This document shows positions 37,028-48,654 of a stretch of DNA of 59,939 nt, in pieces. Location of the stretch: contig DASTSI010000216.1 in the NCBI GenBank assembly GCA_035760745.1, forward strand, positions 1-59,939, read 5' to 3'. Source of the DNA: Nitrospira sp. Lineage in GTDB: Bacteria > Nitrospirota > Nitrospiria > Nitrospirales > Nitrospiraceae. A program made the translations under genes and the position numbers. The notes beneath the pieces are model-generated. The model made no database searches, was not told where the DNA came from, and was given only the letters and a program-made list of their open reading frames with translations. The number at the start of each line of letters is the position of its first letter. Within the stretch, counting starts at the first letter, position 1.

Positions 37028-40000
37028 GAGGCGCTGCTGTAAACTGGCGGTTCGGACGGGAGCATCCCCGCTTCGCTGTCCAGCAAGCGGCCGAGTTCCG
37101 CGAGTCCATCGTAGGCCGGAGCCAGTGTCCGGAGATGCAGATATTCTTGTCGAGCTTCCTCGATCCGTTCCGCCCGGAACAGCACGCCAGCCAAGGCAAA
37201 GCGAACCGACAAATCCCCCGGATTCCGCATCAGGTACCCCCGCAGATGCCGGCTCAGGTCGACCCAACGGTTCTCGGCCGTTCCCGCTCGCAAGAGCCAA
37301 TGGACGGCTTCGGGGTCGTCGGGATGTTTCGACGCCACTTGTAAAAAGCGATCCCATCCTTCCCGAGCGGAGCCCAGCCCCATCGACGCCATTCCCATCC
37401 CCATTAGACATTTGCGCTGGTCGGCGCCCTGCTCCAAAGCCGAGGCGAACGCGTGACCGGCCTCACGGTACTGTTCGCGCTGCATGGACAAGACGCCGCG
37501 AAGCAAGAGCCCCTCGGGGTGTTGGGGAAAGCAGGTCAGGAGTCGTTCGAGATGGGCCTCGGCGTTCACGAGGTCGTTCTGCTCGATCGCGGCATGAATC
37601 CGCATCACCCTGACGGAGGGATCCTCTTGCTTTCTCAGGTAGCGGTCGAGGAATGCGGCATGAAGATCGGGAGCCTGTACCTGCTGGCTGACTTCCGCCG
37701 CCCAGAGCAGCGCCAACGGTTCATCCGGCCATGCGTCAACCGCGCTCAACTCGGTCCTCGCGGCGCCCCAATCTTGGTGGAGCGCCGCGGCTTGGGTGGC
37801 AGCCACATGTCGCCAAGCGTCTCGATCGCTTGCGTCGGTGAGCGGAACGAGGTGCCGGGTCACCTGGCCCTCCTGCTCCTTTCCAACCGCTTTATAGCCG
37901 TCGGCGTAATAGTGAAGATCTTCATCCCCGATCCGGCAGTGATCCTTCCAGCGCTTCTCGAGGACTTGGATGTTATGGTGCTCGTGGTCCTTTCGACCCG
38001 GCGTTTGACTTTCAAGATGATAGAGCGCGCTGCGAGGTTGATAGACCACGCGCAGCCCAAGCGACCGAATCTTGAGGCAGAAGTCGATGTCCTCGAATCC
38101 GTTGCGGAACTCTTCGTCGAACCCTCCGACTTTCTTGAACGCCTCTTGTCGGACGAGCATGCAGGCGGCGGTGACCGCTTGAAACTCCCGCCTTCGGTTG
38201 ACGGCGGGAGAGTCGGCCGGGAATCGGCGATATGCGTGATAGGGACAAAGGCCGGAACGCCGAAATACGATGCCGGCATGCTGGACGGTATTGTCGGGAA
38301 AAAGCAGCTTGCTGCCCACGACGCCGACGTCAGGATGCTCTTTGACCTCGTTGAGCATGGCGTTCAGCCACCCGTTCAGCGGGATGGTGTCGTTGTTCAG
38401 GAACACCAGATATCTTCCGCGGGCGACCTGCGCGCCCTGATTGCACGCCTTCGCAAAACCCAGATTGTCCTGGTTGCGGAGAATGCGGACGTCGCCCTGC
38501 AAGGAGGAGAGGAACGCCGGCGTCTCATCCGTCGAATGATTGTCGACGACGATCAGTTCCCACGCGAGCCCTTCGGTCGTGTTCGCCAGCTCGGCGAGGC
38601 ATTGTCGGGTCAACTCGCAACGATTCCAGACCGGAATGATGACGGAGCAATCGTAGGTCTTGTTCTGATTGTGCGGCGGTGGTGGTCCGGACATCGCTCC
38701 GGCCGTGGCGTAAGTCGTCCGCAGGCGGCGCTCTTCCGGCTCGGTGATCCCCCGACGATTCGAGAGTCCCTCCGGCGAGCGCCAATACAGGCCTGTCACG
38801 ACAGGAATATGGAGAAGCTGATGGACGGCTCCCACCCGAATCCAGAAATCCTGGTCTCCCAGGGCCACATAGCTTTCATCGAAATAGCCCACCGTGCGGT
38901 GGACATCCCGGCGCCACATGGGATGCGGCCCGACGCAGCAGGAGTTGAGCAAGAATTCATACCGATAGTCAGGCCATCGCCACATCCCCACGCGATCATG
39001 CCGTTCGAAGGTTTGATGGGGCGTCGCGGTCAGGTACGTGTCGCCGTACACCAAGGCGACATCGGGCCGTTCCTCCAATGTTCGGGCGAGGATCTCGTAG
39101 GCCTCGCGGCGTAAGCGGTCGTTCGTGCTGAATGGGGTGACATAGCGCCCTTTGGCAAGCTTGATGGCCATGTTCCATGCCGCATAGACGCCGATACGCG
39201 TGGGGGTCCGAAGATAGGAGATGTTCCTGTAGCGCTCTTGAAACTCGCGTACGACCGCCCCTTCCTGCTCGGGAGAAGCGGCGTCTATGACGATGATCTC
39301 GATCCGGTCCGCGATCGTCTGATTCTCGAGATCGGTCAGGCATTCCCTCATGAAGGCTTCCGCGCCATAACTCGAGACGATCACCGACACCAGCGGCGGG
39401 GCCGTATCGGAACCAAGCGCCTTCGGCGGCGGTGCCGGCCGGCTGATCCGGCGATTGAGAAACAGCGCATTCCCATGCGTGGGGGAATCAGGACCGAGCG
39501 GAGCGAACGACAGGAGGTCGTGATCGCATCGCAACACCTGCTTCAAGTCGTCCAGGCACTTGGCACCGGCATAGACTTCTTCGAGGCTCGCCTCGACGTA
39601 GAGAACCAGCAGGCGGGCTTTGAGCTCGGCCGAGAGGGACGACAGGATTTGATACTCCGCCCCTTGGACGTCGAGGACCAGCATATCGGGCTCCAAGAGC
39701 TGTTCGTCTTGGATGATCGAGTCCAGCGTACGGCAGGTCACCTGAATGGAACGAACCTCACGGACGTGCGGGAAGATCTGCTGGTGTGTCCCCAATCGAA
39801 GCAGCGAGCTCGATTCGCCGTCGTTGTTCGTGAGGAAGAAGTCGCGTGCGCCGTTCCCATCCGACAAGGCACAGCAAAAGACCTTCACCCGCGAGTCCAT
39901 CCGTTCGAACCGGCGCAGGAAATCCGCCAGCTCGGGGATGGGCTCGAACAGATAGATCCGCTCCAGGTTGGGAAAGAGCTGATCGAACAAGGCCCGTTCC

Positions 40001-41238
40001 TGAAATCGATGCGCGCCGCCGACATAGAGGGTTCGAATCTGCTTGGCGATCTCGGTGCCGGCGAGCGCCGACAACAAATCGTGCTGACCCGGCATGGCGG
40101 TTGGCGCGGCAGGGACGGCCTGAGACGCGGCCGCGGCATGGGCTTCCTTGGGTTGCTGAAGCCCCGCAGTCGCGGAGCGCCGTACGCCGTCCGCCGCGTC
40201 ATCGATGAGCTGATCGGAACAGTAGGCCTCCCACCGTGCGTTGAGTGCGATGATCCGGCGGGCGCAAACCGCGTTCGTCAACTGCGCCCGTCGCGACCGG
40301 TGCGCAAGCATGGTGAGGGACGGCGGGACCGTCAACGGATCTTCCAGACCCCATCCGGCGTCCGGAACGATGGTCCGGAGAGTCCGATACGCATCGGCGA
40401 GCGCTTCGGCGTACGGAACGAAGCAGTGCTCCAGGCTCGCCAAGGTCAACGGATAGTGCGAATGCGCGACCGGCCAGGCAGCGTCGAAGCCGGCCGATTT
40501 GAACGAGTGAAAATGGTAGAAGATCATCGGCCGTCCGTCGACGCGCACGACACCGTCCGCTGTCCGGTTGATCGCGTATTGATCATGGTTCCACGGTCCG
40601 ACACCCGCGCCGACATGCTCGAGCACGACCACACCGGGGAACCGCTTCGGCCAATCGTTGAGATAGAGTTGATCGCCCATCTTTCCCTGCTCGTACCGGG
40701 CAAAGCACCACTCGAGACAGCGTTCCCGCCACCACCGGAGCGCCTTGAGGCCGTCATGGTCCCGGCGAAAAGCGAGCAGCCCCACGTTAAATCGGCCGTT
40801 GTGTGCCGCCAACTCCTGCTGCCGGGGGGAAAATCGATGCTCGTGGATCAAGACCGACCCCTGTCCCAACTCCTCGAACAGCGGTTGGGCGGAAGAGAAA
40901 AAGAAGAGGTCTGCGTCCAGATACGTGAGGACGTCGATGTCACGATGCCGCTCCAGGATCCGCAAAATGACCGTCGGCGTCAGCGTCCAGTAATACTCGA
41001 CCAGGCTGCGCTCGGGCTTGACAGCCAGCAGCGCCGCGTCTCTCGCTTCGATCTCATGCAGCGGAATCAGGCGGACGTTGGACAGACCGAGTCGGTCAAG
41101 CACGACACGAGTTGTTTCGTCCATGCAGACGACGAAGATCGTCCAATCCGGCGGCTGCGTCCTTCGCAAGGATTCGATCAACGCCACGCCTTTGGCCAGA
41201 TACTGACGATCGAAGTAGGTGCAGTAGTACCGCCTCAT
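37024..41238 (-). CDS. multidomain protein: GT-A + FkbM methyltransferase + GT2 + GT2 + TPR
   Basis: YLDADL; FEPIP..LDVQGAE; [15 protein letters not shown]; [28 protein letters not shown]; helical C-terminal repeats. Confidence 0.88.
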   Translation of the reverse strand: MRRYYCTYFDRQYLAKGVALIESLRRTQPPDWTIFVVCMDETTRVVLDRLGLSNVRLIPLHEIEARDAALLAVKPERSLVEYYWTLTPTVILRILERHRDIDVLTYLDADLFFFSSAQPLFEELGQGSVLIHEHRFSPRQQELAAHNGRFNVGLLAFRRDHDGLKALRWWRERCLEWCFARYEQGKMGDQLYLNDWPKRFPGVVVLEHVGAGVGPWNHDQYAINRTADGVVRVDGRPMIFYHFHSFKSAGFDAAWPVAHSHYPLTLASLEHCFVPYAEALADAYRTLRTIVPDAGWGLEDPLTVPPSLTMLAHRSRRAQLTNAVCARRIIALNARWEAYCSDQLIDDAADGVRRSATAGLQQPKEAHAAAASQAVPAAPTAMPGQHDLLSALAGTEIAKQIRTLYVGGAHRFQERALFDQLFPNLERIYLFEPIPELADFLRRFERMDSRVKVFCCALSDGNGARDFFLTNNDGESSSLLRLGTHQQIFPHVREVRSIQVTCRTLDSIIQDEQLLEPDMLVLDVQGAEYQILSSLSAELKARLLVLYVEASLEEVYAGAKCLDDLKQVLRCDHDLLSFAPLGPDSPTHGNALFLNRRISRPAPPPKALGSDTAPPLVSVIVSSYGAEAFMRECLTDLENQTIADRIEIIVIDAASPEQEGAVVREFQERYRNISYLRTPTRIGVYAAWNMAIKLAKGRYVTPFSTNDRLRREAYEILARTLEERPDVALVYGDTYLTATPHQTFERHDRVGMWRWPDYRYEFLLNSCCVGPHPMWRRDVHRTVGYFDESYVALGDQDFWIRVGAVHQLLHIPVVTGLYWRSPEGLSNRRGITEPEERRLRTTYATAGAMSGPPPPHNQNKTYDCSVIIPVWNRCELTRQCLAELANTTEGLAWELIVVDNHSTDETPAFLSSLQGDVRILRNQDNLGFAKACNQGAQVARGRYLVFLNNDTIPLNGWLNAMLNEVKEHPDVGVVGSKLLFPDNTVQHAGIVFRRSGLCPYHAYRRFPADSPAVNRRREFQAVTAACMLVRQEAFKKVGGFDEEFRNGFEDIDFCLKIRSLGLRVVYQPRSALYHLESQTPGRKDHEHHNIQVLEKRWKDHCRIGDEDLHYYADGYKAVGKEQEGQVTRHLVPLTDASDRDAWRHVAATQAAALHQDWGAARTELSAVDAWPDEPLALLWAAEVSQQVQAPDLHAAFLDRYLRKQEDPSVRVMRIHAAIEQNDLVNAEAHLERLLTCFPQHPEGLLLRGVLSMQREQYREAGHAFASALEQGADQRKCLMGMGMASMGLGSAREGWDRFLQVASKHPDDPEAVHWLLRAGTAENRWVDLSRHLRGYLMRNPGDLSVRFALAGVLFRAERIEEARQEYLHLRTLAPAYDGLAELGRLLDSEAGMLPSEPPVYSSAS

Positions 41239-42398
41239 GAGTCCATCCTCCGGTTCGGCTGAGACCCGTTGACCCTGCTGCCCGAAGGATCGATCCAGGT
41301 ACCCAAGGCCCGGCAAATCTGTTCGACCTGTTCCTCGTGGAGATCCGGATGACAGGGAATGGTGGCGATCCGGCGGTACAGGGATTCCGTCACCGGCAGT
41401 TCCGCGCTTCGAATTCTCCCCGCGTAAGCCGGTTGTCGATGGACAGGGATCGGGTAATGACGAGCGCTGGCAATGCCGGCCTCCCGAAGGTGCTGGGCCA
41501 GCGCGTCGGGGAACTCGCTTTCGACCACGAAGAGATGCATCGCGTGCAGCGTGCCCGGCACGACCGGTGGCGGGGTCAGCCCCGTCCCGGCCAACGCGGT
41601 CCGATACCGTCGCGCGATCGCCCGGCGTCGTTCGTTCCGTGCATCGAGCGCGGGCAATTTGAGCCGCAAGATGGCGGCCTGCAGTTCGTCGAGACGGGAA
41701 TTGCCGCCGGGCGTCTCGCTGACATACCGCTCTCTCCAGCCGTACTGCCGGAGCGCGCGAACGCTTTCCGCGACCTCAGCATCATTGGTCACCACCGCCC
41801 CGGCGTCGCCGGCCGCTCCCAAGTTTTTCGTCGGATAAAAGCTGAACGCGGCCGCGGCCCCGAACGTGCCGACCTTGCGGCCGTTGATCTCGGCGCCGTG
41901 CGCCTGCGCGCAATCTTCGACGACTTGAAGTCCATGCGCGGACGCGACGGCGAGAATTTCTTCCATTGGAGCCGGCTGTCCGTAGATATGAACCGCAACA
42001 ATGGCGCGTGTCCGGGTCGAGACCATTGCATGAATCTTCTTGGGATCGAGGCATCTGGTCAGGCGCTCGATGTCCGCAAACACCGGGACTGCGCCGATCT
42101 GCTCGATTGCCGCAACGGTCGCCACCGCCGTATGCGACACCGTCACCACCTCATCTCCCGGCCGAACGCCGACCGCCTTCAACGACAGCGCGACGGCATC
42201 CGTGCCGTTGGCAACCCCGACGCAGTGCCCCGCTCCGAGATACGAGGCCCATTCCCGCTCGAATCCCGCCACTTCTTCCCCGAGAATATAGGCGCCCTTC
42301 ATGAGCACCCGCTCGACGGCGGACAAGAGCGCCTCGCGGTCGGCCACGAGGCCCGCGCACGGATCAGCCACCGGAATCAGCCTAGGCGGCGACGGCAT
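41235..42398 (-). CDS. DegT/DnrJ/EryC1/StrS sugar aminotransferase
   Basis: [40 protein letters not shown]. Confidence 0.93.
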   Translation of the reverse strand: MPSPPRLIPVADPCAGLVADREALLSAVERVLMKGAYILGEEVAGFEREWASYLGAGHCVGVANGTDAVALSLKAVGVRPGDEVVTVSHTAVATVAAIEQIGAVPVFADIERLTRCLDPKKIHAMVSTRTRAIVAVHIYGQPAPMEEILAVASAHGLQVVEDCAQAHGAEINGRKVGTFGAAAAFSFYPTKNLGAAGDAGAVVTNDAEVAESVRALRQYGWRERYVSETPGGNSRLDELQAAILRLKLPALDARNERRRAIARRYRTALAGTGLTPPPVVPGTLHAMHLFVVESEFPDALAQHLREAGIASARHYPIPVHRQPAYAGRIRSAELPVTESLYRRIATIPCHPDLHEEQVEQICRALGTWIDPSGSRVNGSQPNRRMDS

Positions 42399-43407
42399 GA
42401 GGCCAATAGTGTTCGCGATGTCGCGCATAGTACTCCAGCGTCCGGCTCAACCCCTCGCCGAGCGGCGTGGTCGGCTTCCAGCTCAGGGACGATCCGATTT
42501 TGCGATAATCACCGTAGTAATCCCCGATATCGATTTGTTTGCGCTCGGCCGGAAACGGAACCAGTTGATAGCGTCCGCCGGGGACCAATCGCACCAGGCG
42601 CTCGGCCGTGTCTTTCAAGCTGACCGGATGTTCGTCGCCAAGATTGAACACTTCCCCCGCCGCCCGGGGTGACGACGCGGCGAGCAGCAGCGCCTCGACG
42701 ACGTCGTCGACATAGTTGAAGTCGCGGATCTGCCGGCCGTCGCCATACACGGAAATCGGCAGCCCCTCCAGCGCCTGTCTGATCCAGATTCCGAGAAAGG
42801 TTTGTCTGGCATCGACGACCCGCATGCGAGGACCATAGGTGTTCGTGAGGCGAAGCACGGTCGTCCGGATGCCGTGGATCTCGTGATACAACCGGTGGTA
42901 CATCTCGCCGGCCAGCTTATTGACGCCGTTCACATCGACCGGCTGCAGCGGATGCGCCTCATCCACGGGCAAATAGTGGGGTCTCCCATAAATCTGCCGC
43001 GTGCCCGCAAAGACCACGTGCACATCCCGGTTGTACCGGCGGCAGCTCTCGAGGATCGACAGCTGCGCCCGCGCATTGATCTCCAAATCTGGAAAGGGAT
43101 TGTCCATGGAGTCGAGATGGCTCGTCTGGCCCGCCAGATTGAAGAGGTAGTCGCGCCCGCGCAGCAGATACTTCATCGCGTGCTCGTCCCGGACATCGGC
43201 GATGTTCACCTCCACGTCGTTCCGCACCGGCTGAAGATTCCACTGGTTGCCGCCGTATTCCGGGATCATGCTGTCGACGACCGTGACGAGGGCGCCCTCG
43301 CGCACCAGGCGGATCGCGAGATTCGACCCGATAAATCCGAGCCCTCCGGTGATCAGGACCCGCGCCCCGTGAAACGGCCTAGCGTGACCGTGCTGTAGCG
43401 AAGACAT
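42382..43407 (-). CDS. NAD-dependent epimerase/dehydratase (extended SDR)
   Basis: [29 protein letters not shown]; start uncertain. Confidence 0.88.
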   Translation of the reverse strand: MSSLQHGHARPFHGARVLITGGLGFIGSNLAIRLVREGALVTVVDSMIPEYGGNQWNLQPVRNDVEVNIADVRDEHAMKYLLRGRDYLFNLAGQTSHLDSMDNPFPDLEINARAQLSILESCRRYNRDVHVVFAGTRQIYGRPHYLPVDEAHPLQPVDVNGVNKLAGEMYHRLYHEIHGIRTTVLRLTNTYGPRMRVVDARQTFLGIWIRQALEGLPISVYGDGRQIRDFNYVDDVVEALLLAASSPRAAGEVFNLGDEHPVSLKDTAERLVRLVPGGRYQLVPFPAERKQIDIGDYYGDYRKIGSSLSWKPTTPLGEGLSRTLEYYARHREHYWPHAVAA

Positions 43408-46192
43408 AAGTGGTCTCGAATTCGTCCTGATCCGCCTGCTCGACATAGGTCAGCGCGGCTCGCAATTCCAATCCCGCCGCCTCGCACAGGCCCAGAATCT
43501 CCGATTCGCTGAAACGGAGCTCGAACGTTTCCACGCCGTAGGCGAATTTTTTGAAATGGCGGGTCGGCGAACGCCGGGCGACGGGCGTGCGATGAAGCAC
43601 GACGTGTTCCAACGCGACACGCGCGGCTTCCGCAATGTGATTGGGATAGTCCTGGGCATGCAGCAACACGCATGACGAGACGACCACGGGAATGGACTGA
43701 TCCCGGAACGCGAGGGCCGCGCCGTCCCCGACCTCGAAATGGGCTTGCGGGTAGCACGTACGGGCCATCCGGATCATGGCCTTGGAAAAGTCGACACCGA
43801 CATAGGCCGGCTTGACGGCGAGCAAGTAGGCCAGGACTTCGTAGTAGTAGCCGCTGGCACAGCCGATCTCGAGGATGGTGCTTTGCGGGTTGACGATCGG
43901 ACGAAGCGCCTCGGCCAACACCCGGAACACGACGGGAGGCCTTCCCCGGTACAGGTCGTCCAGCTCTCGCTGGACCAGGCTTCGCTGTTTGAGGGGTAGG
44001 AGATCCGAGCGCCAGGATTGAGCCAACTCCGCCGTCACTTCTTCCGGCCGAATCACCGTCCGACCATACGACACGTTGAGATCCGGCTCGGGAAGCCGGT
44101 GGTTCCCGATTTTTCGTTCGAGCTGCCCGGCTAAGAACTCCGCCGTCTGGCGCATCCGCGCCTGATAGGTGTGGTGGTGAAGCGTTCGTTCCTGGCCGCG
44201 CTTCGCGATCAGCGCCGCTTCGTCCTGATGAGTCAGGAAATAGCTCACCAAATCCCGGCATTCGTCGGGCGAGCGATAGGCGACGACTTCCGACCCGATG
44301 TCGAACAGGTCGCTGAGATTGTCCTTGTAGTCCGTCACCAGCAGCGCTCCGCAGCCGGTCGCCTCGAACAGGCGCATGTTGTTGGCGTTCATCTCGGCGA
44401 CGTCGATATGGTGATTGACGGTGATGACGGATCGCGCGAGCACCGAGAACATGTCGAGCCCCCACGCGTCGCCGTGCAGGCGGCTTGCTTCCACCCCTTG
44501 ATGCTCGAGAATCCCGGTCCCGTATCCCCAAACGTGCAGCGGCAACGATCCGCTCAACGCCGTCAGGAGTTTCTTCCGCTCCCGATGAGCGGGCGAAAGC
44601 CCGCCGACAAAACTCAATGGAATGTCGCGCCCGTGGCTGCCGAGTTTCTGGAGCACGCGGGGCTCGAACGCCAGAGGCTGGTAGTACGCGGTCCGCCCCT
44701 GCCGTCTAAAGGCTTCGACGAAGTGCGGAAACGAGGAAATGAGGAGATCGAACCCGTCAAGATCTGCCGCCGGAGGCACGGGCGACGCGATCTGTCCCAC
44801 GATCAGGTCGGCGTAGGGACGAACGGCCGCGAGAAACGCCTTCGTGCCGACCCCCAAATCCTGCAGATAGAGCACCTGCGGGCGAAGGCGTTTGATCTGC
44901 TCCACGGCGATTGTGAGCAAGGCCTCCTGAGGATCGACATCCTGTTCTTTCGCCCATTGCTGCTGGAGCGGCCGGCAATTGAGAATGATATCGGAGGCCT
45001 GCCAGCCGGCATGGCGCAACGCCGTTGAATAAAAATCGCTGTCACCGAAACACGCAGCCTGGAGCGATTCATGCTGGCGGGCATACGAAGCACCCGCCAG
45101 CGTTGGATCTCGCTGGTAATGGTGGTCAAGAAAACCGGCGTAATAGGTATTCAGAAATACGCAATGATGGCCTGCTGCCAGGGGCGTGGGCTTGGGCTCC
45201 ATCGGGCGTCGTTCCAACCGGACCTCCCGCGGTCCGGCGTTCGTCCCATCCTCGACGCGCGGCGCGATCGGGAGGGCGGACTCGTGACGACGGCTGGTGA
45301 GAAGCAGTTGCTCGTGCCATTGCCGTATGGCCGGCGACGCTTCTGAACGGCACGTCCCGCACAAGAGCCCTTTTCCAATCCATCGGATGCCGTCCCACTC
45401 CACGTATCCCAATCGGCTCCAGGAGTCCGCCGTCTCCAATTCACTATCTCGAAGCCCGTCATCCAGATAGATCGACGCATGGGGCGCCAGGTACTTTCGC
45501 ACCAGCGGAACAGTCCCAAAGCGGATGCCGTGCTCCCCCGCGGGACCGTCGATCACCACCATCTCAGGGCGCCGGTCGCCGAAAAATCGCGCGAGGTCTC
45601 CCGCCGAAAGGTCATAACAGCGAGCGGAAATTGCTCCGATGGTGTGGAATACCAGATCGGCATGGAGAAGCCGCACGTCGTCGAGCAACCCGTGGGAAGC
45701 AAGCAGGTTCTTGGTCCTGGAGATGAATTCGGGCGATTGATCGATGCTGAACACGTACGGCTTCGCCGAGGCTCCGTGTACCCGCCTCATCGCCCAGGCC
45801 AGCGCGAGCGAGCTGATCCCGCTGCCAAACTCCAGGACAGCCGAGGGTCGTCTCAGGAGAATCGCCGCCACCAGAAAGTCGATCGTTTCCCCGTTCAGTG
45901 CCCATCCGCCGAGTGACCCGACGTCAATGAGGTGCCGCAATTCCTCTGTGGAAAGATGTTCCGGACGCGGAGAAAGGACACGGAAGGCGTTCGTGAGCGG
46001 ATCGGATGAGGGTGCTGCTGACGTCATCGCCGCCCGAAGAGCAAGACAGGATTGGAGCGGCATCGGCGTGTCGCGAAACAGATGGGCCGCCTCTTCCACA
46101 AGCTCATACGCCGGTTCACCGCTCGCGGGGACACCATGATCCTTTTCCGCCGTCCGCAATCCGGAACTCAACAGCATTAGAGATCCGCGCAT
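43379..46192 (-). CDS. multidomain protein: SAM methyltransferase + CgeB-type glycosyltransferase + SAM methyltransferase
   Basis: VLEFGSGISS..VIDGP; LSFVG..NNMRLFEATGCG..HTYQARM; LEIGCASGYY..GVDFS; start uncertain. Confidence 0.82.
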   Translation of the reverse strand: MRGSLMLLSSGLRTAEKDHGVPASGEPAYELVEEAAHLFRDTPMPLQSCLALRAAMTSAAPSSDPLTNAFRVLSPRPEHLSTEELRHLIDVGSLGGWALNGETIDFLVAAILLRRPSAVLEFGSGISSLALAWAMRRVHGASAKPYVFSIDQSPEFISRTKNLLASHGLLDDVRLLHADLVFHTIGAISARCYDLSAGDLARFFGDRRPEMVVIDGPAGEHGIRFGTVPLVRKYLAPHASIYLDDGLRDSELETADSWSRLGYVEWDGIRWIGKGLLCGTCRSEASPAIRQWHEQLLLTSRRHESALPIAPRVEDGTNAGPREVRLERRPMEPKPTPLAAGHHCVFLNTYYAGFLDHHYQRDPTLAGASYARQHESLQAACFGDSDFYSTALRHAGWQASDIILNCRPLQQQWAKEQDVDPQEALLTIAVEQIKRLRPQVLYLQDLGVGTKAFLAAVRPYADLIVGQIASPVPPAADLDGFDLLISSFPHFVEAFRRQGRTAYYQPLAFEPRVLQKLGSHGRDIPLSFVGGLSPAHRERKKLLTALSGSLPLHVWGYGTGILEHQGVEASRLHGDAWGLDMFSVLARSVITVNHHIDVAEMNANNMRLFEATGCGALLVTDYKDNLSDLFDIGSEVVAYRSPDECRDLVSYFLTHQDEAALIAKRGQERTLHHHTYQARMRQTAEFLAGQLERKIGNHRLPEPDLNVSYGRTVIRPEEVTAELAQSWRSDLLPLKQRSLVQRELDDLYRGRPPVVFRVLAEALRPIVNPQSTILEIGCASGYYYEVLAYLLAVKPAYVGVDFSKAMIRMARTCYPQAHFEVGDGAALAFRDQSIPVVVSSCVLLHAQDYPNHIAEAARVALEHVVLHRTPVARRSPTRHFKKFAYGVETFELRFSESEILGLCEAAGLELRAALTYVEQADQDEFETTYVFATARSR

Positions 46193-46393
46193 CAATCCGA
46201 ACCCTACCTCATATCCCTGCGTTGGCCGACGTGACAATTCAGGGAGGCCCTGTGCGCGGCTTTCCAAGGAGCGTGCCAACCCGGCGCGATCGATCGCTCG
46301 CCCGGAAGGCCTGCAATCCAGAGATGTTTCTCGCGGTCTCGATCGGCGAATCGGCAAGATTTGCCGGGGACAGGAAGGATTGGCCTCCTACGA

Positions 46394-47116
46394 TCAGCCG
46401 AGCGGCGATCGGCCGGACTTGCTGTCGGGTCCCTTCTGCATCGTCCATTGCTCAAGCGCATGCTGCGCCGAGCCTCCCCACCCCCGAAATTCGATGTATT
46501 CCATCTCGTTGAAGCGAAATTCAATTCCGAGGAGATATGTCTCGGCTTCCTCTTGAAGATTTTTCACGATGCCGCTGAGGTTGATGATGCGTCCTATGCC
46601 CGGCAGTGAAAACTCGACCTTCAGCCACGTCCCGTGGGTGACTCCCGGAGGCAACTGGGCGAGCTTGACGCTGCAGCCGCCCGCACTCAGATCGTGAAGC
46701 AAGCCGCCGATGAATTGGCTCCTCGAAGAACGAGCGGAGGGGCCGGCCATCTGCATCACGAGCATCGGCTCATGGCTGGGGACCCGCACGTGCTTTCGAA
46801 GGACGAGCTCCTCCACCGTCGCGGGGAATGCGAGGAAGAGCAGCGGCGCCGGAAGCGCCTGTGTCTCCCGGACCTCGCTGCGGTACCCGATCAACCTGCC
46901 TTCGTACAGATAACTCACCAGACAAGGAGTCCCGACCGTGCAGACGACGTCCCGTTGATCATGAAGCGGCCATTCGCAAATCAACCAGGCGTGGTCCTTC
47001 CATCCCAGCAGCGAAGAGCCGCACACGATTTTGTCTTTTCCGGTCTGAAAAGACAGCTTCAGAGGAAGTCCGACGGAAAGAAATGACGACGGAGGGGGCG
47101 TGACATCAGGCTTCAT
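46394..47116 (-). CDS. YcgR-like flagellar brake PilZ protein
   Basis: N-terminal PilZN-like domain, RKHVR and DLSAGG motifs. Confidence 0.85.
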   Translation of the reverse strand: MKPDVTPPPSSFLSVGLPLKLSFQTGKDKIVCGSSLLGWKDHAWLICEWPLHDQRDVVCTVGTPCLVSYLYEGRLIGYRSEVRETQALPAPLLFLAFPATVEELVLRKHVRVPSHEPMLVMQMAGPSARSSRSQFIGGLLHDLSAGGCSVKLAQLPPGVTHGTWLKVEFSLPGIGRIINLSGIVKNLQEEAETYLLGIEFRFNEMEYIEFRGWGGSAQHALEQWTMQKGPDSKSGRSPLG

Positions 47117-48360
47117 GGGTGCTCCGCATCCAGATAGAGAAAGGGATCAACGCCGGCCGCCTCGGGAGCCACGACCGCATGAATGCGTCGCCGAGGCCTT
47201 CGGGTTTGATTGGCCAAGTCCACCGGCTCCGGCCGTGCCATCGATGCATTGCCGGCGCTCTTCACGATGAGGATGTGAGGATCCAGCGGTCCGTGGTGAC
47301 TGAGCTGCCGGACCAGCGCGGTCTCTCCCGTGTTCAGCAGGACGCAGGAGCCGACGGGATAGACGCCCACGACCCGCACGAACCGCTGAAGCAACTTGTC
47401 ATCGACGTGACCCCGCTGGTTCAGTTGGTAGAGATACTGCAGCGCCTCATGCGCCGGCTTCGCCTTGTGATAGCACCGGTCGCTCGTGACGGCGTCGTAG
47501 ATGTCGACGATCGCGGCGATGAGGCCGAACTGACTGAGCTCGGTCCTTTTCCGGCGGTGGGGATACCCGCTCCCGTCCACCCGCTCATGATGCTCGAGTG
47601 CGGGCCTCATTGATTCGTCGGCCAGTGCCGTGCCCGCCAGCAGCTCCACTCCGCGCAGGACGTGCTGCTGCACGACTTCGAACTCATGCGCTTCGAATCG
47701 GCCCGGCTTGTTCAAGATCTCGACCGGGATGCGGGTTTTCCCGATATCGTGCAGCAGCGTTCCCACGCCGAGCCGGTGGAGCGCCTCGCGCGAGAATCCG
47801 ACGCTCCGGCCGAGCGCGATTCCGAGCAGAGCGGTGTTGACGGAATGGTAAAACGTGTACTCGTCGAATCGCTTTAGCCGGGAGAGGCTCGTGAGCGCGT
47901 CGGGATTTCGCAGCACGCTGTCCGCCATGGCAGCCACGGCCTGATTGACGGCCTCCATGTTGATGTCCCGGCCCATGCGGGCGTCCCCCATGGCCTGTTG
48001 GATCACGGCTTTCGCCGCCCGATAGGCTTGCCGGGCGGCGGGCAGTTCCTCATCAAACGAAGCGGGGCTCAGCGGGACGCGCTCGAGGGGCACCGAGGAC
48101 GCCTCTCCGGCTTTCGCCGTCAGGGCCTGGATGGGGGGCTCCGGAATGGTTTCTTCGCCGCGGCCGACCATCGGTTGGTCGGCCGCGACCTCCACGTCCA
48201 CTTCGAGTTGCCGGACGCCGCACGCCCTGAGCGCCTCGATTTGCTCGGCCGCCGTCACACGCATGCGATGGCGCAGAAACGGGGTTTCCGCCCAGGACTT
48301 GTCGAGCGTGATGATTTTCATTCCGACGGCCAGCTGGTCGATGGAGATCTGCTTCCTCAT
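47113..48360 (-). CDS. HD-GYP c-di-GMP phosphodiesterase with DUF3391-like N-terminus
   Basis: EYTFYHSVN, HDIGK, HHERVDGSGYP, VDIYDAVTSDRCY. Confidence 0.92.
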   Translation of the reverse strand: MRKQISIDQLAVGMKIITLDKSWAETPFLRHRMRVTAAEQIEALRACGVRQLEVDVEVAADQPMVGRGEETIPEPPIQALTAKAGEASSVPLERVPLSPASFDEELPAARQAYRAAKAVIQQAMGDARMGRDINMEAVNQAVAAMADSVLRNPDALTSLSRLKRFDEYTFYHSVNTALLGIALGRSVGFSREALHRLGVGTLLHDIGKTRIPVEILNKPGRFEAHEFEVVQQHVLRGVELLAGTALADESMRPALEHHERVDGSGYPHRRKRTELSQFGLIAAIVDIYDAVTSDRCYHKAKPAHEALQYLYQLNQRGHVDDKLLQRFVRVVGVYPVGSCVLLNTGETALVRQLSHHGPLDPHILIVKSAGNASMARPEPVDLANQTRRPRRRIHAVVAPEAAGVDPFLYLDAEHP

Positions 48361-48423
48361 CGTGCAATCGCGCCCAACGGAGTCCAAGGCGTCCTAAAAC
48401 GCAGCAACCGACGCTGATGAACT

Positions 48424-48450
48424 CTATCGGAGAAGACGCGCAGAACTTGA
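48424..48450 (-). promoter_or_regulatory. sigma-28-type promoter of HD-GYP1/PilZ
   Basis: TCAAG-N14-TCCGATAG. Confidence 0.65.
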
Positions 48451-48519
48451 GCGGAAACCGGCCGATGCAAGCAGCCTTGCAGCATCCGCGGCGGACGGGA
48501 TGTCTCGAAGAGCAAAGAG

Positions 48520-48547
48520 TCAAGTCGGACGTTGATGAGGCCGATAC
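48520..48547 (+). promoter_or_regulatory. sigma-28-type promoter of HD-GYP2/hybrid kinase
   Basis: TCAAG-N15-GCCGATAC. Confidence 0.75.
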
Positions 48548-48654
48548 AACGCTTGGGGACCGTCTTCGAGAACAGCCGCCCGGCCACGGGTCTGGTCCAC
48601 GAAGACCGGTGACAGCTTCCACCAGCGAGGTTGGCCTTGGAAGAACACGATGCC

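Noticed and set aside
46330-46370. Sigma-28 promoter for the glycosylation island (GCCGATCG)
   Set aside because: No TCAAG-like -35 at the right spacing; only a CGGCAA/TTGCCG palindrome
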